Below, piece by piece: positions 30,865 to 41,022 of a stretch of DNA of 64,000 nt (the stretch's first letter is position 1; every line of letters starts with the position of its first letter). The notes below the pieces were generated by a model. It had not been told where the DNA came from, did not search any database, and worked only from the letters and a program-made list of their open reading frames with translations. Position numbers and translations under genes: made by a program. The stretch comes from a virus: the IMG/VR virus record IMGVR_UViG_3300023179_000033, positions 54,246-118,245 of that record; one strand, given 5' to 3'.

Positions 30865-31517
30865 AAATTAAACCTTCCTTTGAGAGCATTATAATTTTGT
30901 AAAGCCTCAGACGATGATAAGGCTTTATTATAAATTGATACTGCGGCAATATTGCCAGTAAGAAATCTTGCTGTGCCAAGTATACTTGCAATTGTTGCTG
31001 TGCCAGAATCTAATGTGCCAGTACTTGCATGAAGTGAATCAAATGCTCCATTAATATAATAAATTGTATTTGAGCTATTAACCATAACAAGATTATACCA
31101 TTTATTTTGAACAATATATTGAGAAGCATATCTAGCACTACTACCATTCCAACTAAGAAATCTAATAGTTGAAGTTGTAGTTCCATACATAGATATAGAA
31201 GCAATATCAGTTGATGGCGCAAATAATTGTATTTCGCTATTAGCAACTAACGTAGTAATTTGTACCCAAAAACATATTGAAAATGTTGAAGAAAAAGTAG
31301 GTAGACTTAAACTTGCGTAATCATTAGATCCATCGAAAGTTATAATTCCGCTATTTCTAGAATTAAAAGTTGGGCCGCCAGTTAAGGTGGCATTTGCTGT
31401 ATTTTGAGCTAAATTTCTCCATAGAGTTCCAGAACCAGAATAGCTTTTTCTATTTGCAGCGTCTAAATAAACGCTTAATCTATCAGTGACTATTCTTGGA
31501 GAATGATGAAGGCTCAT
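30861..31517 (-). CDS. LamG/concanavalin A-like protein, paralog of 30154-30864
   Basis: IVTDRLSVYLDAAN..FDGSNDY..YINGA..IYNKALSSSEALQNYNALKGRF. Confidence 0.8.
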   Translation of the reverse strand: MSLHHSPRIVTDRLSVYLDAANRKSYSGSGTLWRNLAQNTANATLTGGPTFNSRNSGIITFDGSNDYASLSLPTFSSTFSICFWVQITTLVANSEIQLFAPSTDIASISMYGTTTSTIRFLSWNGSSARYASQYIVQNKWYNLVMVNSSNTIYYINGAFDSLHASTGTLDSGTATIASILGTARFLTGNIAAVSIYNKALSSSEALQNYNALKGRFNL

Positions 31518-31518
31518 T

Positions 31519-32247
31519 TTAGTATATTTTCCATTTGTTATTGAGATAATTTTGTATTTTTAGAATATTAGTTAAAGATGGAATTGTAGAATATACAATA
31601 ATTTCGCCAATAAAACCTTTTAGAAAATAAGTTGCACTATTTTGAAAAATATCTGTATTTTGAAATACATTCGAAACTGTAGAATAAAATGAAGTTGAAT
31701 TTATTTTTGATTCCCAAAAACTAGATCTAGACTCGACGCTATACATAGTTAAATTTGTTAGATTTTGCGATGGATTACTTGTCGTTTTTCTTGTGTTAGT
31801 AAATGTTGCATCATAAATTGTTCCATCTGTCCAAGGTAAATGAGAATTAAAACTAGAAATTGTTCCTAATGGATGACCAGCAAAAGTAGTCGAAGTAGGT
31901 GGATTATTATCTATTTTAAATATACATATTGCAAATGCAGAAGTTACAGCTGAAGTATTTATAGAGCTAAAATATTGAGTTCCATCCATTCTTATTAGAC
32001 TTAATCTATTTTGTCCATTTAATTTTAAAGTAGGTCTTACGCCAGCAGTTGATTGAAAAGCGTGTCTACTGTTTCCACTTTTATCTTCCCATCTGCCAAT
32101 AGCTGTTCCGTCTGCAATAATTCTATTTCCTCCAGTATTATTATCAAACAAAGTAGTTGAGTCATTTGCATCTAACCATAAACTTAATCCACCGATAGTT
32201 TTTGGAAAAATGCTTTTTTCTGGCGTAGTTCCATATATTGTCGCCAT
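31519..32247 (-). CDS. LamG-like lectin-fold virion protein
   Basis: GLSLWLDAND..WEDKSGN..KGFIGEIIVY..IQNYLNNKW. Confidence 0.7.
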   Translation of the reverse strand: MATIYGTTPEKSIFPKTIGGLSLWLDANDSTTLFDNNTGGNRIIADGTAIGRWEDKSGNSRHAFQSTAGVRPTLKLNGQNRLSLIRMDGTQYFSSINTSAVTSAFAICIFKIDNNPPTSTTFAGHPLGTISSFNSHLPWTDGTIYDATFTNTRKTTSNPSQNLTNLTMYSVESRSSFWESKINSTSFYSTVSNVFQNTDIFQNSATYFLKGFIGEIIVYSTIPSLTNILKIQNYLNNKWKIY

Positions 32248-32248
32248 A

Positions 32249-35200
32249 TTAAAACTCCACAGTTAATTTTGGTATATCTTTTCTTTCGCCGTAGATTGTA
32301 TAAAAATAATAGTTTCCATTATTGCCATTGGTGACTATTCTTTGATTATTATAATCAACAACATAAATATTATTCGCGGCGCTAATTGGAGTTAAATTAA
32401 CTGAAATGCTATTTTCATCAACTAAAGCGGACCAATAATCTGGAAGATTGATTATATTATCATTGGTTTTTCCTCGTACAAATACTCCATGCTCTGGACC
32501 TTCTAAACTTCCATATTGGAGTTTTTTGCCAATTATTGTTGGATGATCTATTAAAAATGATTTAGAAGCTGCAGAAAGATGACCAGTAATTGTTGTATTG
32601 CCACTTACTGTTAAATTGCCTACAATGTTTGTATTATCTAAAATATTAACTACACCAGAAGCATTGATATTAATGTTATTACCAGTTAAAGTTAAATCAC
32701 GAAGAATACCAGAATTAGTTTGTTGAGGGCCGATTACTAGACCAGAATTAATCCAACCAACTAGTCCAAATTCACCAGAATTAGTTCCAGTTGTGTTATA
32801 AACTCTGAATTGTTGAGGATTAACTCCATTACGTTGAGCGAAAATTCCCGCGCCATCTCTTGTAATAGATAAATCATAATTAAAATTACTAACATCAGTT
32901 CCCCAACATACAAGCATATTAGATGGCCAACCAAATAAACTATTTACTGATCTCGCTGTAAAAGCTTTACTTGAACTTACATAAACATCATAATCTGTGG
33001 ATGAATTTAATGTATTAAATCCCCATCGAACACTGCTTTTACCTATTTCAAAATTAGTTCTACCGCTTGATTGTATCGCAAAAAGTCTTGAAGCTGTTGC
33101 GGATCCACGATCTATAATGTTTATAGATAATCCAGTATAATTTTCAGAAGCATTATTCCAAGTTCCAGTAATATAAAGAGCAGGATTTGTTCCTGTTGGT
33201 TGAACATTGATTACTACGCCAGAATTGAATGTTTTAGTTCCATTAATTAACTGATTGCCAGTTGTAAATACTATATTACTATCTGTCGAATTTATATAAC
33301 CGCTAAGATTATTAATTTTTGTATCAAGAGTAGAGCCAGTACTAGCAAGATTAGCGGCGGATGCGCTCCAGCCGCTAAGTGAATTTATTTTATTGTCAAG
33401 AGTACTTCCAGTTGATGCAAGATTACTAATGGTTGCGTAGTTAGACGTTAAGGTTCCGCTTAACGATCCTATCTTGCTATCTAACGTACTTCCAGTCGAA
33501 GCAAGATTTAGTGCAGAAGCAGACCAACCGCTAAGTGAGTTTACTTTATTATCTAAAGTAGAACCTGTAGAAAATAAATTTGTTATTGTAGCATAATTAG
33601 ATGTTAAATTTCCACTTAATGAGTTTACTTTATTATCTAATGTTGATCCTGTCAAGGCAAGGTTTGATATAGTAGAGTAAGTGGAAGTCAAATTGCCACT
33701 TAAACTATTAATTTTATTATCTAGTGTTGATCCACTAGTCGCAAGATTAGTTGCAGATGCACTCCATCCACTTAATGAATTAATTTTACTATCTAGTGTA
33801 TTACCAGTCGAGGCTAAATTTAAAGCTGAAGCGGACCAACCACTTAAACTATTAATTTTATTATTTAAATTAGAACCTGTAGATGCAAGATTTATTATTG
33901 TGCTAAATGTATTATTTGCAACTCCACTATAAGCTTGAATATCTTGTACAGAAGCAATATCAGGTAAAGTTGAAAGATCGCTATTTCTTGTACTAATTCC
34001 AAATTTAAATTTATCGGTATGATCAAAACCAATAATTGGACCACTATCATTTAATCCAGTTAATCCACTTCCAGTTACAAAGAAAATTCCACCATCAACT
34101 GCGCCGCCAGTAAGATTCAATAGAATATAAGGGCTTTGAACACTAAAATTATTTGTACTTACAATTGTTTGAGTGCCAGTAACAAAAAGGTTATTAATAT
34201 AAGTATTATCATTAAAAGTTTTGTTTCCAAGTATTGTTTGATTGCCATAAGTTAATACTGTTACGCCACTTAGTGAATTGATTTTATTATCTAAAGTGCT
34301 TCCAGTAGTTATTAAATTATTTGATATTGTAGTATCTTGAGTATTAACATAACCACTTAAAGAGTTTATTCTATTATTTAAAGTATTTCCTGTGTTATAA
34401 AGATTAGTGGATATATTATTATCTTGAGTATTTACATACCCACTCAAATTATCAATCTTTGTATTTAAATTAGAGCCCGTATTAAATAAATTAGTAATTA
34501 ATATGACACCAGTAGATATTAAATTAGTTGCGGAAGCGCTCCAGCCGCTAAGTGAATTAATCTTATTATCTAATGTTGAACCAGTAGTAGCAAGATTTAT
34601 TGAAGATGCTGACCAACCACTTAATGAGTTGATTTTATTATCTAAAATAGATCCTGTATTAAATAAATTAGTAATTAATGTGGCGCCAGTAGATGTTAAA
34701 TTAACTGCTGATGCACTCCAACCGCTGAGAGAATTAATTTTATTATCGAGAGTAGAGCCAGTGGTATATAATTGGGAATCTGTAGCAAATGTTGTATCAA
34801 GATTTCCGCTAAAACCTGTTAACATTGAATATAAATTAGATCCAGTAGATTGTAAATTTACTATTGATGCAGAGTATCCGCTTAAAGAATTAATTTTAGA
34901 ATCTAATGTGCTGCCAGTAGTTGCAAGATTTGTAATCGTTGAATAATTAGCAGTCAAATTTCCGCTAAGTGAATTAATTTTACTATCAAGAGTTGATCCA
35001 GTATTTGCTAGATTAATGGCGGATGCGCTTGAACCACTTAAAGAATTTATCTTATTATCAAGCGTAGAACCAGTAGTATACAATTGAGAATCTGTAGCGT
35101 AATTTGCATCTAAATTGCCACTAAAATTAATTAATAATGTATAAAGATTAGATCCTGTACTTTGTAAATTAGTTGTTAAAGAATTTACTGCTGATTGAAA

Positions 35201-35446
35201 ATATCCACTATTACCAGAAACATAAATTGTATTAACTGATTGATCAGAAGAAATTATAATACCATTCTCACCAGATAATGAAATTGATTCGCCACTTATT
35301 CCATTAATTAATGGAGTAAAACCTCTTGGACCTGCAGGACCTTGAGGACCGGGAACAGAAACATTTGTAGCTAATGCTTGCGTTGGCGATGTTACATCAA
35401 CGCTAATTGGATCTGGCAAAACCACATTAACATTTATGTCTGCCAT
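32249..35446 (-). CDS. Long fibre protein with tandem repeats and C-terminal chaperone-like domain
   Basis: Short collagen stretch PGPQGPAGPRG; many NLASTGSTLDNKINSLSG units; C-terminal KSFLIDHP..LQYGSLEGPE. Confidence 0.75.
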   Translation of the reverse strand: MADINVNVVLPDPISVDVTSPTQALATNVSVPGPQGPAGPRGFTPLINGISGESISLSGENGIIISSDQSVNTIYVSGNSGYFQSAVNSLTTNLQSTGSNLYTLLINFSGNLDANYATDSQLYTTGSTLDNKINSLSGSSASAINLANTGSTLDSKINSLSGNLTANYSTITNLATTGSTLDSKINSLSGYSASIVNLQSTGSNLYSMLTGFSGNLDTTFATDSQLYTTGSTLDNKINSLSGWSASAVNLTSTGATLITNLFNTGSILDNKINSLSGWSASSINLATTGSTLDNKINSLSGWSASATNLISTGVILITNLFNTGSNLNTKIDNLSGYVNTQDNNISTNLYNTGNTLNNRINSLSGYVNTQDTTISNNLITTGSTLDNKINSLSGVTVLTYGNQTILGNKTFNDNTYINNLFVTGTQTIVSTNNFSVQSPYILLNLTGGAVDGGIFFVTGSGLTGLNDSGPIIGFDHTDKFKFGISTRNSDLSTLPDIASVQDIQAYSGVANNTFSTIINLASTGSNLNNKINSLSGWSASALNLASTGNTLDSKINSLSGWSASATNLATSGSTLDNKINSLSGNLTSTYSTISNLALTGSTLDNKVNSLSGNLTSNYATITNLFSTGSTLDNKVNSLSGWSASALNLASTGSTLDSKIGSLSGTLTSNYATISNLASTGSTLDNKINSLSGWSASAANLASTGSTLDTKINNLSGYINSTDSNIVFTTGNQLINGTKTFNSGVVINVQPTGTNPALYITGTWNNASENYTGLSINIIDRGSATASRLFAIQSSGRTNFEIGKSSVRWGFNTLNSSTDYDVYVSSSKAFTARSVNSLFGWPSNMLVCWGTDVSNFNYDLSITRDGAGIFAQRNGVNPQQFRVYNTTGTNSGEFGLVGWINSGLVIGPQQTNSGILRDLTLTGNNININASGVVNILDNTNIVGNLTVSGNTTITGHLSAASKSFLIDHPTIIGKKLQYGSLEGPEHGVFVRGKTNDNIINLPDYWSALVDENSISVNLTPISAANNIYVVDYNNQRIVTNGNNGNYYFYTIYGERKDIPKLTVEF
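33300..35170 (-). repeat. Two arrays of degenerate in-frame tandem repeats in the fibre gene (boundaries approximate)
   Basis: Core L(A/Y)(S/T)TGSTLD(N/S)KINSLSG is joined by short (WSASA) or long (NLTSNYATI) linkers. The arrays are separated by a non-repeat block at about 33900-34260. Confidence 0.85.
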
Positions 35447-35450
35447 AATC

Positions 35451-35795
35451 TTATCTCGTTACTTCTGGTAATATAGAAATTATACCTCTTAATAATTTGA
35501 TACTATTTCCTGTAGGAACTCCAGAAGGAAATCTTTCTACATCATATACAAAATCACCTACTGGAACATCTTGCGAAACATAAGAGTCTATGCTTATAGA
35601 TGATGCGTTTCCGCTATAAACATTTACAGTAGGATTTAAATTTAATAAAATTCCACTTGAACCATAATCAGCGCGAACTTGACCTCTTACATCATAACCA
35701 CTAAAACTTATTGGTGTTCCATTTGAATCAACGACATTTAATGTAAGTTGTATATAGTCGCCTTGATATCCAGTAAAATTATAAAAGGTAGCCAT
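35451..35795 (-). CDS. Small Ig-like/BppU-like virion protein
   Basis: YQGD..DSNGTPISFSGY..RGQVR..GDFVYDVE..LLRGIISILPEVTR. Confidence 0.55.
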   Translation of the reverse strand: MATFYNFTGYQGDYIQLTLNVVDSNGTPISFSGYDVRGQVRADYGSSGILLNLNPTVNVYSGNASSISIDSYVSQDVPVGDFVYDVERFPSGVPTGNSIKLLRGIISILPEVTR

Positions 35796-35845
35796 ATAAT
35801 AAATATTACACAGCTACACTTTTATAGCGAATTAATTTTTAAATT

Positions 35846-36190
35846 TTATCTACCTTCTGAAAGAATATCACGAGCACTTTTTGATACTGGTTTATTGCTT
35901 GAACTATCTGGTCTTACTCTATATTGAGAAGCGTATTTTACAAATTCTTGCTTTAATCTTTTTCTTAATGTTTCACGATCATCAATTGGAATAAGACCAA
36001 TTTTAACTGCGTGAGCTTGTAGATCGCTCTTTGAAAGACCTTTTAAATATTCCTCATATTCAACAGGATCAAGAGTTCCGTACTTCCTCTTGCCATCATC
36101 ACCCCAAATTTGGTCTAGTGTTACTTTACGATTTTCTACCTTGCCATGAGTTTGGCTAAGATTATCTAATGTTGATTTTTTGCGTGGCAT
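35846..36190 (-). CDS. Hypothetical protein downstream of the capsid gene
   Basis: 114 aa; SD AGGAG and GTATAA upstream. Confidence 0.65.
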   Translation of the reverse strand: MPRKKSTLDNLSQTHGKVENRKVTLDQIWGDDGKRKYGTLDPVEYEEYLKGLSKSDLQAHAVKIGLIPIDDRETLRKRLKQEFVKYASQYRVRPDSSSNKPVSKSARDILSEGR

Positions 36191-36245
36191 AATATATATT
36201 ATATCTCCTATTAATAGATTATACTAATTAAATATAAAGATGTCT

Positions 36246-36287
36246 AAAAAAAAGAAAACCCACGGACTATTAATCCGTGGGCTTTCT
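36246..36287 (-). terminator. Rho-independent terminator after the major capsid gene
   Basis: Minus strand AGAAAGCCCACGGA-ttaatag-TCCGTGGGTTTTCTTTTTTTT. Confidence 0.85.
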
Positions 36288-36309
36288 AAATATTTAGTAT
36301 TATCGTTTA

Positions 36310-37383
36310 TTAGCGAAGTACTAAACCATGAACTGCACGAGAATCAACGCAAGCGCGTCCTTCTTCGAGGAATCCATAGAAGCCGATTTTCTCGGAACGA
36401 GCTACGAATTGATCATCTGGAAGAGCGGTGAATGTTCCACCGGATTCTGCTTGGCGAGCTACTGGGCGAACAAATGCATCCTTGGTTAGATCCAAGCCTA
36501 CAAGTATTTCGTCTGAGGCAAGTGTGAATGAACCAGTATAAAATTCTTTGAAGAGAGAGTTATACTTTTGGCCTACACCTAATTCAATTAGATCATGGAT
36601 AGAAACTCCATAAATCTCTTGTGTTCCAGCAGCACGATAGATGTCCTCACGAACACCATCTGGTAGATTTGTCAATACGTTATTTGTTGGTAATGTATTG
36701 GCAGATGTTGTGATGCTAACTGGTTGGTAAGCAAAAGAACGGATATCTTCTTTAACCTCAGGGCTAACAAAAATATCTGTTAGACCGTATGCATCTGTGG
36801 TTGTACCACCAGCATATGATCTGTTAATTCTTTTGACTTGTGTCATTAGTTTATTTAGATTATCTAATGTAAATACGGTGCCTGCACCGGGATTTAATAC
36901 GTTGCCACTTTCAGCAAGTGTTTTTAAAGCTACAGCCCAAGCATTACGTTCTTGTTTGACGAGAACTTCGTTAGCCATACGTTCAACGGCTTTACTAACT
37001 ACGTCGAGACGGCCACGACGAGCATAGCGTTTTAGGAAGCTGACAGCGCTATCTAGACGATAGGTTGCAACTTTCATTTCGGCAAAACCTTCAACTGTTG
37101 AAGTTGGAAGACCACCGGCTACACTTTGTGACCATGTAGTTACATAACCTTCACCACCATCATACCATAGGTCGAGAGGGATAGAAGGACGATCATCCTC
37201 ATCATAAGGAAGATCTGTATAGATAGCAGAGGCTGTTGCGGCTTGTAATAGAACTTTAGCTACGACTGGTCCTAAGAAAGCTGCGAAAGCTTGATTGGCT
37301 TCTGCGGCAACTGCGTTATCGCGGCTACCCATAGCTTTTACAAGCTCGATTTGCTCTGGTGTATTTTTGAGTTTTAATTTCAT
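36310..37383 (-). CDS. Major capsid protein (HK97 fold)
   Basis: 357 aa after protease/scaffold and decoration genes; SD AAGGAG, biased codons and a terminator; C-terminal GFYGFLEEGRACVDSRAV. Confidence 0.8.
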   Translation of the reverse strand: MKLKLKNTPEQIELVKAMGSRDNAVAAEANQAFAAFLGPVVAKVLLQAATASAIYTDLPYDEDDRPSIPLDLWYDGGEGYVTTWSQSVAGGLPTSTVEGFAEMKVATYRLDSAVSFLKRYARRGRLDVVSKAVERMANEVLVKQERNAWAVALKTLAESGNVLNPGAGTVFTLDNLNKLMTQVKRINRSYAGGTTTDAYGLTDIFVSPEVKEDIRSFAYQPVSITTSANTLPTNNVLTNLPDGVREDIYRAAGTQEIYGVSIHDLIELGVGQKYNSLFKEFYTGSFTLASDEILVGLDLTKDAFVRPVARQAESGGTFTALPDDQFVARSEKIGFYGFLEEGRACVDSRAVHGLVLR

Positions 37384-37406
37384 TTTAAAGTTTCTCCTTT
37401 ACGAAA

Positions 37407-37985
37407 TTAGAGCATGATCTTTAGCAATGCTGTATTGGATACTGCATTACCAAGGAATTTGCCGACTGCAACTTCTGTGCCTCTTACAGCGGATACGTTG
37501 GCGAGTTCGCCAGCAGTACCACTAACTACTGCAATTTGACCGGCAGTTGCATTAGCAATTGCGTCGCCACTGTAAAGTACTACGCCACGAGTTAGAACTG
37601 GAACAGCTTGTCCAGAAACAACTACGTTCATTTCAGCAGCTTTGCGTGGGTTGAAAATTAGTTTTTCACCATTTTCGTCTAGTTCACGGACGTCTAGAAG
37701 TGTGAGTCCTAGTACATCGCCAGAAGTAGCGAGGGTGACTTTTGGTCTAACTCCGAATCTTTGAGATTGGGAGAGAGGGAAAGCGGCGCCAACGTTTCCT
37801 AGCAATTCAGTTGGTTGATTTGCACTGGAACTTGTTGGGCCGACTGTGAATCCTTCAGCGGATAGTTTAACAGCAGCACCTCTTGTCAAAATAACAGAAC
37901 TGTTTTCAGCAGCACCGCTATAAGCAAAAAGATTGAGTACTTCATGTTCACTATAATCCCTGAATGGTCTTAATGTATGTGCCAT
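37407..37985 (-). CDS. Capsid decoration/cement protein
   Basis: 192 aa, A/G/V-rich, between scaffold and capsid; SD AAGGAG. Confidence 0.6.
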   Translation of the reverse strand: MAHTLRPFRDYSEHEVLNLFAYSGAAENSSVILTRGAAVKLSAEGFTVGPTSSSANQPTELLGNVGAAFPLSQSQRFGVRPKVTLATSGDVLGLTLLDVRELDENGEKLIFNPRKAAEMNVVVSGQAVPVLTRGVVLYSGDAIANATAGQIAVVSGTAGELANVSAVRGTEVAVGKFLGNAVSNTALLKIML

Positions 37986-38005
37986 ATTAGTTTCTCCTTG
38001 TTTAT

Positions 38006-39586
38006 TTAGTTTATTAATTCAAATCCGTCCAAACCGAAAGCGGCAGCATATTTTTCTTTAATGCTTGGCTGTGCGGCTGGGGCCGAATTTGGAATTTCTG
38101 TAGAAGCTTTTGCGCCATTATCTACAGCTTGCTCAACAACTTCTTGGGTTGTTTCTGCAGCTGGAGCTTCAGATGCTTTTACTTCGGAAGTTTGCATGGC
38201 TTTTTCAGCCATTTCTTTTTCCTTTTGCATCTTTTCGGCCATAGCTTTTTTGTAAGCTTTGCTTTTCTCTTTCATAAGAACAGACATTTTGTTCTTATAA
38301 GCAGAGAAAGTTTCTTCATTTAAATCTTTAATATCAGAAGCAATGACTTTGCGATCTTCATCAGATAGATCGAATTCTTCGTCTAAGGAAGCCATGCGTA
38401 GATTAAATGCTTCTTCTTTGTCTTTGGCTTCTTTTTCTGCTTCGATTGTGGCTAATTTTTCAGTTAATTCAAGAACTTGTTTTTTAACTGCTTCATGCTC
38501 TGCTTCAACAGCAGAGATTTTTTCATTAGCAGCTTTTAATTCATTTTCTTTAGCAGATTTTTCTGCTAAGAAAGTTTCATTAGCTTTTTTGATCTCTTCT
38601 GCAACAAATTCAACGATTGAACTGGCTGTTGCTTCCTTAAGAAGAGAATCAGTAATATCTTCAATTTTGGTTATTTTCATATATATCCTCTCTTTTTTTA
38701 CATTTAATTTTTCCTCTTGGGAAACAGTATTTTCAGAAGCAAGAACTGGCTCTTGGGCTAATTCCGCTACTTTTTCCTCTTGGACCTCTGTTTCTTCAGA
38801 ACTTTTATTGACTTTTAATTCAATTCTAATTGGTTGTTCTGGTGGTGTTGCTACACCTTGAACATCAGCGGCTGGATTTAATGTAAATCCAATACCAAGA
38901 GGTACTACTTTACCCAAAACTTGTCTATATATAAATTTATCATCTCCTAATCTACCATTTCCACCAAATCCTCTTAAATTATCTTTAATTTTCTCTATTT
39001 GAGATGCATCAGAAATTACTGTGCCATTTTCAATATTTTTTTCTGCTGGATCTAATACTACAATATTAAATTCATTAAATCCAAGTTCCCAACTAGCTGA
39101 AATTGTCATATAATTATCGCTTGTTGGATCGTTAGATTCTTCAATTTGATCAGCAAGATCGCGGTCAACTACTTTCCAAATAACGCCTCCAAGAGTAATA
39201 TTAAATGGAGTTTTCATTGATTTTACATCAACTTCTGCAAGACTCTCATTTGTGCCAAATTTACTAAAATTAGATGAGAGAATACATCCAATAACTTGAC
39301 TACGATTATGTTCAATATTAATTGGTTTATTAACAAAAAGTTTAGCTATTCTAGTGGCAGTTTCTCCATCAATTACATCGCCATTTTTATTAACACGATT
39401 TACAACGCAAGCATCAAAAGCTACTGGAAGAAGATCAACATTATCTTCTGTATTAATTTCTGGTAAAAATTTTCTTAATTTATCAAGAGAAGCGACTGAA
39501 AGATATTTATCTTTTTCTTCACTTACTACTGGGCGAATCTTAATATTTGCAAAAGCTGATTCAAATTTAAATTTTTGTTTTTTCAT
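38006..39586 (-). CDS. Prohead protease-scaffold protein
   Basis: N-terminal NKNGD..KPINIEH..SASWE..NPAA protease motifs; C-terminal E/K/A coiled coil. Confidence 0.75.
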   Translation of the reverse strand: MKKQKFKFESAFANIKIRPVVSEEKDKYLSVASLDKLRKFLPEINTEDNVDLLPVAFDACVVNRVNKNGDVIDGETATRIAKLFVNKPINIEHNRSQVIGCILSSNFSKFGTNESLAEVDVKSMKTPFNITLGGVIWKVVDRDLADQIEESNDPTSDNYMTISASWELGFNEFNIVVLDPAEKNIENGTVISDASQIEKIKDNLRGFGGNGRLGDDKFIYRQVLGKVVPLGIGFTLNPAADVQGVATPPEQPIRIELKVNKSSEETEVQEEKVAELAQEPVLASENTVSQEEKLNVKKERIYMKITKIEDITDSLLKEATASSIVEFVAEEIKKANETFLAEKSAKENELKAANEKISAVEAEHEAVKKQVLELTEKLATIEAEKEAKDKEEAFNLRMASLDEEFDLSDEDRKVIASDIKDLNEETFSAYKNKMSVLMKEKSKAYKKAMAEKMQKEKEMAEKAMQTSEVKASEAPAAETTQEVVEQAVDNGAKASTEIPNSAPAAQPSIKEKYAAAFGLDGFELIN

Positions 39587-40170
39587 ATTTCAAATCTTCC
39601 ATAACCAAATATTACACCATCTTCTTCGTCATCGAGATATAATTCGTCTGCGGAGCTAAAATCAAAATCATTTAAATTATATTTTTTAATATCTATATCT
39701 GCTAATTCAAAGTCTTCGTCTGATGGTTCTAACATTGCTTCAACAGTAATTTCTGTTTTAGCTTTAGCAATATCACTATCTGCTTTTCTATAAGCATCTT
39801 TTACTTTTCCGCCTCGCACCATTTTAAGAAACATGTTCACGCGGGCTAATGCCCAAGAAGTTCTTGATTGTCCCGGCCTATGAGAAGAAGAGAATGCGCC
39901 AGCGCCACGGCGAAATACTTTTTTTAATTGACCTAATGTTACTTTTTTGCTATATTTTGAATTATGTTCTTTTACTTTATTTTTTAGAGCTTCAATTACT
40001 TTTTTAGAAAAATCAATAGCTTTATCGCTTTTTGTTCCTGCGCTACCGGGTTTATTACGACTTGATCCTTTGCGTCTTTCAGATGGTTTTGATGGAGTTT
40101 GAGCAGCAGATTTTGGACCTTTTCTTTTGGCATTATTTTCTATGCCATATTTTTCTGGATCGTAAGTCAT
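39583..40170 (-). CDS. Basic head-associated protein (DUF5824-like)
   Basis: LKKVFRRGAGAFSSSHRPG..SWALARVNMF motif; acidic C-terminus. Confidence 0.55.
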   Translation of the reverse strand: MTYDPEKYGIENNAKRKGPKSAAQTPSKPSERRKGSSRNKPGSAGTKSDKAIDFSKKVIEALKNKVKEHNSKYSKKVTLGQLKKVFRRGAGAFSSSHRPGQSRTSWALARVNMFLKMVRGGKVKDAYRKADSDIAKAKTEITVEAMLEPSDEDFELADIDIKKYNLNDFDFSSADELYLDDEEDGVIFGYGRFEI

Positions 40171-40235
40171 ATATCTATTAAATAATATTATTTAATAATA
40201 TTACACATAATTCTATTATTTTTAATTAATTTTAA

Positions 40236-40385
40236 TTATTTATTATATAATTCTTCTGTGGCATCATACGCAGCACCAGAAGTTGGTGTTTCGGGATATT
40301 TTGTTGGTAATTCTCTGCTTGAATAATCAGGCTCTGAACAACCTATTAATAAAAATAAAGGTAATATTAATACTAACTTATTCAT
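40236..40385 (-). CDS. Small lipoprotein (49 aa, absent from the ORF track)
   Basis: MNKLVLILPLFLLIG-CSEPDYSSRELPTKYPETPTSGAAYDATEELYNK; lipobox LIGC; GTGTAA 8 nt upstream. Confidence 0.7.
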   Translation of the reverse strand: MNKLVLILPLFLLIGCSEPDYSSRELPTKYPETPTSGAAYDATEELYNK

Positions 40386-40393
40386 AATAAATA

Positions 40394-41020
40394 TTACACA
40401 TTTAATGATTCTTCAATTATTTTAGCTTCTGCATCTCTACGGCGACTCATTCCTTTTTCTATACTTCCACCAATCCATATTCTTTTCATTGCGCGAATTT
40501 GCTCTCCAATTTGAGATAATGTTTTTTGATCAAAATTTTGTGTTCTAGCCATAATATCTCGAATAGCTTTCATCTCGCGCCTACGATCTCCTTCTAAAGC
40601 TGCACCACGATTAAATACAAGACTAACTAATCCACCTTTAGCATCTTCTGGAAGTTTATCAAAATTAGGAAAAGTTTCGCGGCTAAGATTATAAAATTTA
40701 CTTACAGTTTTATTCATAAATACTTTTACTGCAAGATCCCAAGGTATAGTTATATCTTTTAAACGACGAGCAAGATCTTTTGCATTATATCCTTTTGTTC
40801 CTACAACTTTATATAAACGATCAAAAGTTTCTTTTGGAAGATCTTTCCAATCGTTAGTGAATTCAGTTTTATTCACATATCCAGTATCATAACCTACGCC
40901 AATTGTGACTCCACTTTGCTCTCCGGGCCAAGTTGGATTTTTCAAAAATTTATTATAATAATTTTCACCACCACCGACTTCGAAATCAAATATGAGTTTT
41001 AAAGATTTATCGTTAAGCAT
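40394..41020 (-). CDS. Endolysin (pesticin C-terminal/lysozyme-like muramidase)
   Basis: FEVGG..PTWPGEQSGVTIGVGYDTG..LVSLVFNRG..RRRDAEA. Confidence 0.85.
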   Translation of the reverse strand: MLNDKSLKLIFDFEVGGGENYYNKFLKNPTWPGEQSGVTIGVGYDTGYVNKTEFTNDWKDLPKETFDRLYKVVGTKGYNAKDLARRLKDITIPWDLAVKVFMNKTVSKFYNLSRETFPNFDKLPEDAKGGLVSLVFNRGAALEGDRRREMKAIRDIMARTQNFDQKTLSQIGEQIRAMKRIWIGGSIEKGMSRRRDAEAKIIEESLNV

Positions 41021-41022
41021 TT

